A stretch of 64,000 nt of DNA from Candidatus Nitrosomaritimum khambatensis. Lineage in GTDB: Archaea; Thermoproteota; Nitrososphaeria; Nitrososphaerales; Nitrosopumilaceae. The DNA lies in assembly GCA_011773785.1 (NCBI GenBank), contig WVWY01000001.1, positions 3,085 to 67,084 on the forward strand. Reading direction: 5' to 3'. The first letter of the stretch is position 1; every line of letters begins with the position of its first letter. Positions 25,336 through 34,282 of the stretch are shown here, one piece after another. The notes below the pieces were generated by a model. It worked only from the letters and a program-made list of their open reading frames with translations, was not told the DNA's origin and made no database searches. The translations under genes were made by a program, and so were the position numbers.

Positions 25336-26964
25336 GTGAACATAAGAAAACTCCCTACTATTATGTTAATCTTGGGCGTTGCGTTTACCAGTCTTATTTG
25401 GTATGGATTCATTTTTGAAGAAAGAAAGTTAGCAAACAATGAATTCGATTCTAGGACCGAAAATCTGGTTGACTCTGTAGTCAACCGACTCTCTCATCAT
25501 GAACAAGTCCTTATGGGTGCCAAAGGTCTCTTTCTTTCTTCAGAGGAGGTAACGTATGATGAATGGAAAGAATTCATTACTTCTCAGGATATCAGGCAAA
25601 GATTTCCTGGAATTCAAGGAGTTGGTTACATTGAGTCTGTTACCTCTGATTTACAAAAAACTGAATTGAAAAACAAAATGGAAAGCTATGGAATTGAAGA
25701 TTTCTCAATTCATCCAGAAGGAATTCGCGATGAATACTATCCCGTAATCTATCTTCATCCAATGGATGTAAGAAATCAAAAGGCTTTAGGATATGATGTT
25801 TATACACAGGAAACTAGACGTGAGGCTGTAGATTTGTCAGCAACTACGGGACAAACGACAATTACTGGAAAGATAATCTTGGTTCAAGAAGATGAATCTC
25901 TGGGAAAAATTCAAAATGGCTTTTTGATGTTAATGCCAATATATGAAAATGAATCACAAACTAGTGACCCAAAAGGATTTGTTTATGCTGTATTTAGGAT
26001 GGATGATTTTATTTACGGATTGTTTGATTTGGGAGAATTTGAAAATCTAAACATGAAAATTTATGATGTACAACAATCAGAAGATAACCTTTTTTTTAAT
26101 GCCCACGCTAGTACAAATTCACTAATTTCAAACGAGTTTTCTGCAATTTCAAGAGCGACTCTTGATAATAGAGACTGGCTATTCACCTTTGAAGGCACTT
26201 CATTATATTCGACCTCTTATGCTCTTCCAATACTCATTCCTATTGTAGGATATTCTTTTTCCTTTTTGTTATTTTACCTCTTTTCACTTTCTCAAAAAAC
26301 TCTGGATCTTAAACGAAGAGAGTTAGAAGCAATTAAGGTGTCCAAGGCCCAAGACAAAGTAATTGAACAACAAAATCAAGCCCTGCTCAAATTTACAGAC
26401 CAAAATGACAACATTTGTGTTTGTTCGATTGATATTGTAGACTCTACCAAAATCACCGCAAAATTGTCGGATGCTCAAACAAGCCGACTTTATGGCAAGT
26501 TTCTTAACTTTGCAGCAGGAATTATTGAGTCATATCGTGGTGTCGTGGTTAAAAACGTTGGAGATGCTATCCTGTTTTATTTTGAATGTCCTAAAACCTA
26601 CAGAAAGAGTGAATTTATCAGAGTGCTTGATTGCTGTATGGATTTAATCGAACAACAAGATGAACTAAATCAACGATTAAAAGAATCCGAACTTCCTTCA
26701 TTAGATTACAGAATCAGTGCTACATATGGTTCTGTCATGATTGCAAAAATTCTAAAATTTGGAACACCTGATATCTTTGGTTCTACTGTAAATCAAACCT
26801 TCAAAATTAACAGATTAGCCAAGAAAAACGGACTTGTTGTTTCAGATCTGTTATATGAAAAAGTAAAAACTACAAGTGAATACAATTTTGTTGAAGTGGA
26901 TAAAGCGATACCAAAAGAATTTGGATATTCAGTTTACCATGTTTCAAAAAATACATCTAATTGA
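25336..26964 (+). CDS. Membrane CHASE-domain sensor fused to a class III adenylate/guanylate cyclase domain
   Basis: TM1 'LPTIMLILGVAFTSLIWYGFIF'. CHASE-like 'RLSHHEQVLMGAKGLF...EWKEFITSQDIRQRFPGIQGVGYI...YPVIYLHP'. TM2 'ILIPIVGYSFSFLLFYLFSL', then a coiled coil. Cyclase motifs: 'VCSIDIVDSTKIT', 'KNVGDAILFYF', 'GSTVNQTFKINRLA'. Confidence 0.75.
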   Translation: MNIRKLPTIMLILGVAFTSLIWYGFIFEERKLANNEFDSRTENLVDSVVNRLSHHEQVLMGAKGLFLSSEEVTYDEWKEFITSQDIRQRFPGIQGVGYIESVTSDLQKTELKNKMESYGIEDFSIHPEGIRDEYYPVIYLHPMDVRNQKALGYDVYTQETRREAVDLSATTGQTTITGKIILVQEDESLGKIQNGFLMLMPIYENESQTSDPKGFVYAVFRMDDFIYGLFDLGEFENLNMKIYDVQQSEDNLFFNAHASTNSLISNEFSAISRATLDNRDWLFTFEGTSLYSTSYALPILIPIVGYSFSFLLFYLFSLSQKTLDLKRRELEAIKVSKAQDKVIEQQNQALLKFTDQNDNICVCSIDIVDSTKITAKLSDAQTSRLYGKFLNFAAGIIESYRGVVVKNVGDAILFYFECPKTYRKSEFIRVLDCCMDLIEQQDELNQRLKESELPSLDYRISATYGSVMIAKILKFGTPDIFGSTVNQTFKINRLAKKNGLVVSDLLYEKVKTTSEYNFVEVDKAIPKEFGYSVYHVSKNTSN

Positions 26965-27076
26965 AAACTGGATTTAAACACGAATTCTATTATCTAAAAA
27001 TTGAAATTAGTTTTTTACGAAAATGAAAATCTAGTCTCACTAAGGTATTATTTGGGTAGTTTGAGCCTAAATTAGA

Positions 27077-27478
27077 TTGGTTGGATTATTTGGTTTAGGC
27101 TCTAAAGACCCAGAGAAAAAAGGTATTTCCAAAAAAAAGAAAGAACTGCGAAAGTTAGTAAAGGAAAAAAAATATGATTCAGCCCTGAGAATCGGTACAG
27201 ACATTCTCAAAAAAGTACCACACGAAAATGATGTCTTGTTCATTATGGGGGGTATTAATTTTACCAAAGGAAAATACCGCACAGCAATTTCTTATTTTGA
27301 AAAATCCCTAGAAATTGCTACCCATGATGTAGATGTTCTTGTTTCAAATGCCGAAGCTAATTACAGAATTGGAAATTTCACCAGAGCAACTCAGTGTTGT
27401 GATACAATCAAAGAAATTGATTCTAAAAATAAATTCGTAGCAGAAATGCTAAAAAAAATAGAAGACGCAAAAAAGTAA
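27077..27478 (+). CDS. TPR-repeat protein
   Basis: TTG start. TPR-like units: 'YDSALRIGTDILKKVPHENDVLF', 'KGKYRTAISYFEKSLEI', 'IGNFTRATQCCDTIKEIDSKN'. Confidence 0.6.
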   Translation: MVGLFGLGSKDPEKKGISKKKKELRKLVKEKKYDSALRIGTDILKKVPHENDVLFIMGGINFTKGKYRTAISYFEKSLEIATHDVDVLVSNAEANYRIGNFTRATQCCDTIKEIDSKNKFVAEMLKKIEDAKK

Positions 27479-28294
27479 TTAAATTTCCAGGCTAACATCA
27501 ATTCCTTTTACAGAATTAGTTATGCTTCCTATAGAGATGATATCCACTCCGGTCTTTGCATATTGAGATATATTTTTGACATTTATGCCGCCTGATGCTT
27601 CTAGTTTTACTTTATCTCGAAGTTTTTCTTTTTTGAGATTTTCGATAGTTTTTTTGATTTGACCAGGAGTAAAGTTGTCAAGCATGATTATTGTAGCACC
27701 TTCTTTGGCAGCAAGGATGGCATCAGCATTATTCTCGACTTCAACTTCAAACTTTTTGTGTTTTCTTTTGGCTTTTCTAATTAAATTCAAAAGAGACTTT
27801 TCAACAGCTATGTGATTGTCTTTTATCATTACCATTTCGTCTAATCTTAATCGATGTTTTTCTCCACCACCAATCTTTACTGCCTCTTTATCAAAAAATC
27901 TCAGACCTGGTGCAGTTTTTCTTGTGGCATACAGTTTGGTTCTTTTTGGAATTTTACTTACAAGCTCACTAGTTTGAGTTGCAATACCACTCATTCGAGT
28001 TAACAAATTCAAGGCAGTTCTCTCACAAGTTAGGATTTTTCGTGCATCACCTGATATAGTCATTATAGTTTGGTTTGGTTTGATTTTCTGACCGTCTTTT
28101 TTTAGAACTCTAACCTTGCATCCCTTGAGGCTAAAAATCTCTTTTGTGTATTTTACACCAGCAATCACTGCTTTTTCTCGTGAAATAATCCTTGCAGAAA
28201 TATTCTTTTTTGATAATAATGCACTTGTAATGTCCCCTTTGCCAATGTCTTCAGATAAAAAATCTGACAGTTCTTTTTTGTAATTATATCTCAA
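27479..28294 (-). CDS. nadC: Nicotinate-nucleotide pyrophosphorylase (quinolinate phosphoribosyltransferase)
   Basis: 'ERTALNLLTRMSGIAT', 'TRKTAPGLR', 'GGGEKHRLRLDEMVMIKDNH', 'IMLDNF' and 'LEASGGI'. Confidence 0.85.
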   Translation of the reverse strand: MRYNYKKELSDFLSEDIGKGDITSALLSKKNISARIISREKAVIAGVKYTKEIFSLKGCKVRVLKKDGQKIKPNQTIMTISGDARKILTCERTALNLLTRMSGIATQTSELVSKIPKRTKLYATRKTAPGLRFFDKEAVKIGGGEKHRLRLDEMVMIKDNHIAVEKSLLNLIRKAKRKHKKFEVEVENNADAILAAKEGATIIMLDNFTPGQIKKTIENLKKEKLRDKVKLEASGGINVKNISQYAKTGVDIISIGSITNSVKGIDVSLEI

Positions 28295-28341
28295 TGGAAT
28301 CTTATGATAATGTAATAATTTTAAAGATTTGGAAATTTTTT

Positions 28342-28530
28342 CTATGTTACTTTAATTGCATACTTTCCTTTGGAAGTTATTCCTAAGGTAGATGCAATTT
28401 GTGAATTTGTGGGCTCTACAATTAAAACTACTCCATTCCAGTCAGGTGTCAAGTCCGAAGATTTGCAGTTAGGACAAACTTTTCCAACTGTTATAAACTT
28501 GCATTTTCTACAAGCCATCTCTCTTGCCAT
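28342..28530 (-). CDS. spt4: Transcription elongation factor Spt4 / RNA polymerase subunit E''
   Basis: The 62-aa zinc ribbon 'ACRKCKFITVGKVCPNCKSSDLTPDWNGVVLIVEP' sits immediately downstream of rpo7. Confidence 0.8.
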   Translation of the reverse strand: MAREMACRKCKFITVGKVCPNCKSSDLTPDWNGVVLIVEPTNSQIASTLGITSKGKYAIKVT

Positions 28531-28532
28531 TT

Positions 28533-29129
28533 CTAACTTGCCTCAGCTTTTGCTTCTTCAGCTGGCTCATCCGCACCGCCACCTGCTTTTTTGATTTCTT
28601 CGGCAATCCATTCGTCTGCTCCAAGGAATGGTTGTCTACAAGTAATTCCAATTTTACCCATTGTGGCAGCTTTTCCAAGTGAGACTGCTGTAATTCTTGA
28701 ACGTAGTGTTGAACCAACTTTTAGTGTCCTTCCACTTTGATTAGCAATAATCATTCCAGATTTCACATCGCTCTTTAGATAATCGTCCATAACTTGAGAC
28801 AAGTGCAATAAGGCATCAGTTGGACCAATTCTTACAAATGCTCCAAAGTCTGTAATGTCTACGATTTCTCCGTTGACAATTTCTTGTAATTTTGGATAAA
28901 ATGTTAGAGCGTCAAACTCTACTTTGTGGAATGTGCCACCGTCGCCGGCAACCATTTTTCCCATCTCTTCTACTTTGGCATCTAAAATCATAATGATGTA
29001 ACCCAAATCAGCGTTAATCATACTCTCGTACTTTTCTTTGAGAATGTTCATTGCTGCTTTTTTCAGAGTTGTCCCAAACAAGCTTGGGGGAATCCTAACA
29101 ACGTCACCTAGGGTAGATATAGAAAACAA
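28533..29129 (-). CDS. rpoE1: DNA-directed RNA polymerase subunit E' (Rpo7)
   Basis: 'VVRIPPSLFG' at the N-terminus, S1 domain 'GEIVDITDFGAFVRIGPTDALLHLSQV', TTG start. Confidence 0.85.
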   Translation of the reverse strand: MFSISTLGDVVRIPPSLFGTTLKKAAMNILKEKYESMINADLGYIIMILDAKVEEMGKMVAGDGGTFHKVEFDALTFYPKLQEIVNGEIVDITDFGAFVRIGPTDALLHLSQVMDDYLKSDVKSGMIIANQSGRTLKVGSTLRSRITAVSLGKAATMGKIGITCRQPFLGADEWIAEEIKKAGGGADEPAEEAKAEAS

Positions 29130-29278
29130 CTGTGCTGTTTTTCTTAAATTTCAATTTATGAATCTTTGGGTATTTTACGCTCAATACTGCAAAGAATTTG
29201 CGGAAATTTCATTTTTTTTGAGGATTTTTTCAGAAGTCTAACTTATGTTTAAATAAAGTAAACCGACTTTTTAGCGCA

Positions 29279-30394
29279 TTGGTTGGAATAGATCAAGTCT
29301 TAGAAAAACTTAGCACTGTAATTGATCCTGATTTGAAAAAAGACATCGTCTCAATGGGGATGATTAAAGACTTGGAACTCAATGATGGAAATCTGAAATT
29401 TACATTAGAGTTAACCACACCAGCGTGTCCTTTCAATGTTGAAATTGAAGATGACGTTAGAAAGGTGATTGGAGAAATTCAAGATATAAAGAATTTTGAT
29501 CTTAATGTAACTGCCAAGGTCATGGAAGGCCGTTCACTTGAAGAAGACGCTGCAATGAGAACAGTAAAAAACATTATTGGAGTTGCAAGTGGAAAAGGGG
29601 GAGTAGGAAAATCTACAGTTTCTTTGAATCTTGCCTTAGCATTATCTCAAACAGGAGCTAAAGTAGGTCTACTTGACGCAGACATCTATGGTCCAAGTAT
29701 TCCTTTGATGTTGGGAATGAAAGACGGGTATATGGAAGTAGAAGATAACAAACTACAACCAGCCGAATCCAACGGAATCAAAGTAGTATCCTTTGGTTTT
29801 TTCGCTGAACAAGCTCATCAAGCAGCAATCTATCGAGGTCCAATCATTTCGGGAATTTTAAAACAATTTTTGGTTGACACAAATTGGTCTGATCTTGATT
29901 ATCTAATTGTAGACTTGCCACCAGGTACAGGGGATATCCCATTAACTCTGGCTCAAACCATTCCTATTACAGGAATTTTGGTTGTGACAACTCCACAAGA
30001 TGTTGCAAGCAATGTAGCTGTCAAAGCAATTGGAATGTTTGAAAAACTAAATGTACCAATCATTGGTGTTGTTGAAAACATGAGTCACTTTATTTGTCCA
30101 AATTGTAATGATAAACACTACATCTTTGGTGATGGTGGAGCTAAAAAAATAAGCGAACAATTCAATATTCCATTCCTAGGAGAGATTCCATTAAACGCAG
30201 GAATCATGTCTGGAAGCGATTTAGGAAAACCAATAATGATTACAAATCCTGATTCTCCAAGTGCTGTTGCCTTTAAAACCGCAGCAAAAAATATTGCTGG
30301 ACAATGCAGTATCATTGCATCACGGTTACAAGAAGAAATGGCAGCAGAAAGTCAAACTGAAGAGTCTGCCCCTGAAGCTAGTACTCAAAACTAA
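29279..30394 (+). CDS. Mrp/NBP35/ApbC-family iron-sulfur cluster carrier ATPase with an N-terminal DUF59 (MIP18-like) domain
   Basis: 'LSTVIDPDLKKDIVSMGMIKDL' (DUF59), deviant Walker A 'VASGKGGVGKSTVSLNLA', and the 'CPNC' cluster-ligand motif. Confidence 0.9.
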   Translation: MVGIDQVLEKLSTVIDPDLKKDIVSMGMIKDLELNDGNLKFTLELTTPACPFNVEIEDDVRKVIGEIQDIKNFDLNVTAKVMEGRSLEEDAAMRTVKNIIGVASGKGGVGKSTVSLNLALALSQTGAKVGLLDADIYGPSIPLMLGMKDGYMEVEDNKLQPAESNGIKVVSFGFFAEQAHQAAIYRGPIISGILKQFLVDTNWSDLDYLIVDLPPGTGDIPLTLAQTIPITGILVVTTPQDVASNVAVKAIGMFEKLNVPIIGVVENMSHFICPNCNDKHYIFGDGGAKKISEQFNIPFLGEIPLNAGIMSGSDLGKPIMITNPDSPSAVAFKTAAKNIAGQCSIIASRLQEEMAAESQTEESAPEASTQN

Positions 30395-30405
30395 ACTCGA
30401 TTAAT

Positions 30406-30903
30406 TTGAAATTACCTGAAAGACTTCGTGAACAATTGAAAATACCAATGGGAAAATTAATTCCTGAAATTGAAGTCAACAAGGAAAATATTCAAAAACA
30501 TTTGTCAGAAAATTCCTATGTAATTACGGTTGGAGACAGAACAACTGAAAAAATGATTGATTTTGGTTTAACTCCTTCTTTGCAAATTATTGATGGACAA
30601 GAAAAGAGGATTAAACGAGATGCTCCCAAACAATCAAACACAGAAACCTTGCTTACTTGTGATAATCCTGCTGCAGAAATAACGCCTCAAAGCATAGATG
30701 TAATCAAAAAAGCTTTTGAATCTCCCACGCCTGTACGTATAGAAGTAAATGGAGAAGAAGACCTATTGGTGATTCCTGTTTGCATATTTGCCCCTGAAAA
30801 TTCTGTAGTTCTTTACGGGCAACCTAATGAAGGACTAGTAATTGTTCCTATCACTACAGAAATTAGAAATAAAACACAAACACTACTTGATTCAATGGAA
30901 TAA
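30406..30903 (+). CDS. DUF359 protein (archaeal GTP-dependent dephospho-CoA kinase family)
   Basis: 'VITVGDRTTEKMIDFGLTPSLQIIDGQEKR' and 'VNGEEDLLVIPV...VLYGQPNEGLVIV' match the COG1909/DUF359 pattern as I recall it. Confidence 0.7.
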   Translation: MKLPERLREQLKIPMGKLIPEIEVNKENIQKHLSENSYVITVGDRTTEKMIDFGLTPSLQIIDGQEKRIKRDAPKQSNTETLLTCDNPAAEITPQSIDVIKKAFESPTPVRIEVNGEEDLLVIPVCIFAPENSVVLYGQPNEGLVIVPITTEIRNKTQTLLDSME

Positions 30904-30906
30904 TCA

Positions 30907-30964
30907 GGGTGTGATGAGACGGTGGCTGTATGATTTGTGATTACACTACTAAAAACTCTGACCC
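30907..30964 (+). ncRNA. Candidate C/D box sRNA (2'-O-methylation guide)
   Basis: C box GUGAUGA (30911-17), a 12-nt spacer, D' AUGA (30930-33), C' GUGAUUA (30937-43), and D box CUGA (30958-61). Terminal GGG (30907-09) pairs with CCC (30962-64). A TTTT run follows. Total length is 58 nt. Confidence 0.55.
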
Positions 30965-31254
30965 TTTTAATTCATACAAATTGCAAATTCACAAAAAAAT
31001 AAAATACAAAATTAACTTGATGTCTTAGACTTTTTCTCACTTTTTTCCTTTTTATCAAATAATAATTCGGAGTAAATTTTATCAAGATGTTTTTCTATCT
31101 GTTTACCTCTAGACATGGAATTTTTTTCCAAATAATGTTCATTTAAAGATCAAGTATGCACTGCATTACACAACAAGAAAACAAACTATAATGAACAAAA
31201 TTTTTCATAACAATTGACATTTCAAGATAAACGCTAACTCCCAAACAAGAACAT

Positions 31255-31629
31255 ATGAAATTAGACCCTGATCTTAGACTCCAAATTTTAGAAAAGGCAG
31301 GGATCTATGCAAATCGGTTTTCCATCCCCGAACCTCGAGTACTTCTTACTACTAAAGAAGTGCTTGATATGCCAAAGGAAATGACTGAGGGAAGAAGAAC
31401 CTCAGCTTACAAATATTATGGAGTATCATATCTTCAACATAATCTAATTTTTATCAATGTCAGAAAAATACCTGATGAAAAGACACTTGAAAATACTCTT
31501 GTGCATGAATTAATTCACCTTAGATTTCCATATCTGGCTCATGGAAAACGTTTCAACAAGTTAGTCAGGCAAGGTCTTAAAGGAAAAACATTTCTGCCCT
31601 ACCGAAAAAGAACTGCAAAAAATCTCTAA
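31255..31629 (+). CDS. Hypothetical protein with an HExxH zinc-metallopeptidase-like motif (SprT-like?)
   Basis: 'LVHELIHLRFPYLAHGKRF'. Confidence 0.5.
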   Translation: MKLDPDLRLQILEKAGIYANRFSIPEPRVLLTTKEVLDMPKEMTEGRRTSAYKYYGVSYLQHNLIFINVRKIPDEKTLENTLVHELIHLRFPYLAHGKRFNKLVRQGLKGKTFLPYRKRTAKNL

Positions 31630-31669
31630 TTGATTTATATTTCCCAGTATTGGGCATGCAGAGTATATC

Positions 31670-33709
31670 ATGGATGTGCAAGAACTACTGCCAATTGGAG
31701 CAGGTATTGCCTCTTTTATCGTGGCAGGTGGTTTGGTTGCTTGGATAGGTAAACAAGCGCCTGGTACCAAAGAAATGATGGAGATTTCAAATGCCGTCAA
31801 AGTTGGTGCCGCTGCTTTTCTAAAAAGAGAAATGAAAATTATTGTTCCCGTAGCTATCGCTTTATCGGTAATTATTGGGGCATTTTTACAACCATCAAAT
31901 GGAATTGCCTTTGCTGTTGGCGCAACACTTTCAGCAGTAGCAGGATTAATCTCATTAAAAATTACAGTAAAAGCTGCTGTGCGAGCTGCTAATCTGAGTA
32001 GCAGTGGCCTAGGAAAGACCTTTGCCATGGCATTTAGAGGTGGCGCAACTGTGGGTTTGGCTGTTCCTGCAATGGCTTTGTTGGCAATTACGGGATTGTA
32101 TTTGATTTATCCTGACCCAATTACAATTGCAGGAGTGGGTATTGGAGCAAGTCTAATTGCACTTTTCATAAGAATTGGTGGAGGTATCTTCACTAAAGCA
32201 GCAGATATGGGAGCAGACTTGGTAGGAAAAGTTGAAGCAAATATTCCTGAAGATGACCCAAGAAACCCTGCAACTATTGCAGACAATGTCGGAGATAATG
32301 TAGGAGATGCTGCAGGAATGGGTTCTGATGTTTACGAGTCTTATATTGTAACTATTTTGGCAGCACTTTTGATTGCAGCACTTATTGGTGCACCTGAATT
32401 ATTCTTATATCCAATTTTAATCGGAGCATCTGGAATGATTGCATCAATTATTGGTGTGGTGATAGTTGGTTCAAAGAATGTTACTGATGTAATGAAACCG
32501 CTTAATCGTTCCTTCTATGTATCTGCAGCAATTGCAATAGGATTGAATTTTATATTTACTAGTCAATTCATTGGAGATAATCCATCTGCTTATGCCTTAT
32601 TTGGCACAACTGTAATTGGAGTAATTCTTGTACCCGTTATCCAAAAGATTACCGATAGATACACTAACTACAAGTATGGACCTGTAAATGAAATTGCAGA
32701 ATCTGCAAAATGGGGCTATGCTTCATTAACTCTTATGGGAATTATCAAAGGACTCCAATCGACTGGACCATTCATGATTGCTCTAGTTGTGGCAATCATT
32801 GTCTCATATAGTATCTCATCATCTTACGCACCTGAAGGAGCTGACCCAGTTCTTTATGGTATCTTTGGTACATCTCTTACTGCCATGGCTATGTTGAGCC
32901 TTGCAGGAATTGTACTTAGCATAGATGCATTTGGTCCAATTGCTGATAATGCAGGAGGAATAGTTGAGATGACCGGAATGGGTGAAGAAAACAGAAAAGT
33001 TACAGATGAGATTGATGCAGTAGGAAACACTACTAAAGCAGTTACAAAAGGATTTGCAATTGCCAGCGCAGCATTAGCAGCCCTTGCAATGATGCAGGCT
33101 TTCCAGTTTGAAGCATCTCATATCTTTGAGGGTGTGTTGGAATTAGATTATAGTCTGACCAATCCTGCAGTAATCATTGGACTACTTGTCGGTGGACTCA
33201 TTCCATTTATCATCACAGGGCAACTAATCAACGGTGTTTCAAGAGCCGCAGGAAAAATGGTTGACGAGGTAAGAAGACAATTCAAAGCAGATCCTGAAAT
33301 TCTTACAGGAAAATCAAAACCTGACTATGCAAAATGTGTGGATATTGCCACAGTTGCATCTATCAAGGAACTTTGGAAATCCGCAATTATTGCAATCCTT
33401 GCTCCAATTATTCTAGGAATTTTGTTAGGCCCTACCGCTGTAGCTGGATTACTAATGGGTTCAGTTGTAACAGGAATTTTCTTAGCATATCACTTGGCAA
33501 ACACTGGTGGTGCATGGGATAATGCAAAGAAATTAGTTGAAATGAAAGGCAACAAAGGGACTGAAGAGCACAAAGTAGCTGTAGTAGGTGATATTATTGG
33601 GGACCCATACAAAGATACAGCAGGGCCTGCATTAAACACAGTAATCAAATTACTCAATACAATAGCAATTGTATTTGTGTCTGCATTTGTCGCTATTATT
33701 GCAATTTAG
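31670..33709 (+). CDS. hppA: Membrane-bound H+/Na+-translocating pyrophosphatase
   Basis: 'KAADMGADLVGKVE', 'DNVGDNVGDAAGMGSDVYESY', 'GGAWDNAKK' and 'VGDIIGDPYKDTAGPALN'; many TM helices. Confidence 0.95.
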   Translation: MDVQELLPIGAGIASFIVAGGLVAWIGKQAPGTKEMMEISNAVKVGAAAFLKREMKIIVPVAIALSVIIGAFLQPSNGIAFAVGATLSAVAGLISLKITVKAAVRAANLSSSGLGKTFAMAFRGGATVGLAVPAMALLAITGLYLIYPDPITIAGVGIGASLIALFIRIGGGIFTKAADMGADLVGKVEANIPEDDPRNPATIADNVGDNVGDAAGMGSDVYESYIVTILAALLIAALIGAPELFLYPILIGASGMIASIIGVVIVGSKNVTDVMKPLNRSFYVSAAIAIGLNFIFTSQFIGDNPSAYALFGTTVIGVILVPVIQKITDRYTNYKYGPVNEIAESAKWGYASLTLMGIIKGLQSTGPFMIALVVAIIVSYSISSSYAPEGADPVLYGIFGTSLTAMAMLSLAGIVLSIDAFGPIADNAGGIVEMTGMGEENRKVTDEIDAVGNTTKAVTKGFAIASAALAALAMMQAFQFEASHIFEGVLELDYSLTNPAVIIGLLVGGLIPFIITGQLINGVSRAAGKMVDEVRRQFKADPEILTGKSKPDYAKCVDIATVASIKELWKSAIIAILAPIILGILLGPTAVAGLLMGSVVTGIFLAYHLANTGGAWDNAKKLVEMKGNKGTEEHKVAVVGDIIGDPYKDTAGPALNTVIKLLNTIAIVFVSAFVAIIAI

Positions 33710-33888
33710 TTTTCTATACTCAGAGTTAAATCTAATTCATCAATTTGAGCTTGAATTGCTTTTTTCAAGGTTTCATTATGTTTGTCACAAAATTTGAAAT
33801 AATCATCTGATGTTTGAAAACAACCACAAATCCATTTTGTTTTTTTGTCTCCTTCCACTGTACACCTTGCATAAGGATGTTCTTCCAT
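33706..33888 (-). CDS. Small Cys-containing hypothetical protein
   Basis: 60 aa with 4 Cys and a C-terminal amphipathic helix. I recognised no family. Confidence 0.4.
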   Translation of the reverse strand: MEEHPYARCTVEGDKKTKWICGCFQTSDDYFKFCDKHNETLKKAIQAQIDELDLTLSIEN

Positions 33889-33956
33889 ATCTTAAATGAA
33901 AAGTAGTTCTAAAAAAATCTAGATCAAAATAAAATAGTAAAAAGAAAAAAAGTTGT

Positions 33957-34214
33957 CTAAGGACAGCCTTCCATTTTCTGGATGAAATAACCTTTCTCCT
34001 TAATGGCCTGCTCTACAGGCTCTGGAGCTCCTTGGGAGTGACAAAATTGACATTCATTTGCTGTCATAGTTGAATCACCTTCGCCAATTGATTCTAACCA
34101 TTCTTTTCCATATGCAATGGCTTTGTCATGGTCTTTCTCTCCAGTAATTACATCAAAGTGCATGGTGTGTCCATCTGCGGCTTTGACATAAGTATCGTAT
34201 ACGTGAATTTCCAT
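33957..34214 (-). CDS. DUF2024-like small protein
   Basis: 'MEIHVYDTYVKAADGHTMHFDVIT...CQFCHSQ' matches my recollection of the DUF2024 N-terminal pattern. Confidence 0.55.
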   Translation of the reverse strand: MEIHVYDTYVKAADGHTMHFDVITGEKDHDKAIAYGKEWLESIGEGDSTMTANECQFCHSQGAPEPVEQAIKEKGYFIQKMEGCP

Positions 34215-34282
34215 ATTTCTAACTGCAAAAAGCCATATTTAATCCAAAAACTTGGCCAAAGTCACACTACACAAGGCATCGG

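Noticed and set aside
28508-28717. 69-aa minus-strand ORF, and the 74-aa plus-strand ORF at 28370-28594
   Set aside because: Both overlap the well-supported rpo7 and spt4 genes in other frames.
31012-31116. 34-aa Lys-rich minus-strand ORF (MSRGKQIEKHLDKIYSELLFDKKEKSEKKSKTSS)
   Set aside because: The product is low-complexity and arises naturally in A-rich spacer DNA. There are no motifs and no obvious promoter.
31561-32028. 155-aa minus-strand ORF antisense to the start of the H+-pyrophosphatase gene. Similar antisense or alternate-frame ORFs occur elsewhere: 2603-3016, 3323-3598, 3770-4090, 20143-20562, 20994-21278, 36779-37144, 37779-38246, 53140-53430, 54555-54866, 55824-56171, 58521-58814 and 59473-59745.
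   Set aside because: Each lies wholly or largely inside a strongly supported CDS on the other strand or in another frame. They have low-complexity or A/S/L-rich products with no motifs, so they are typical shadow ORFs.
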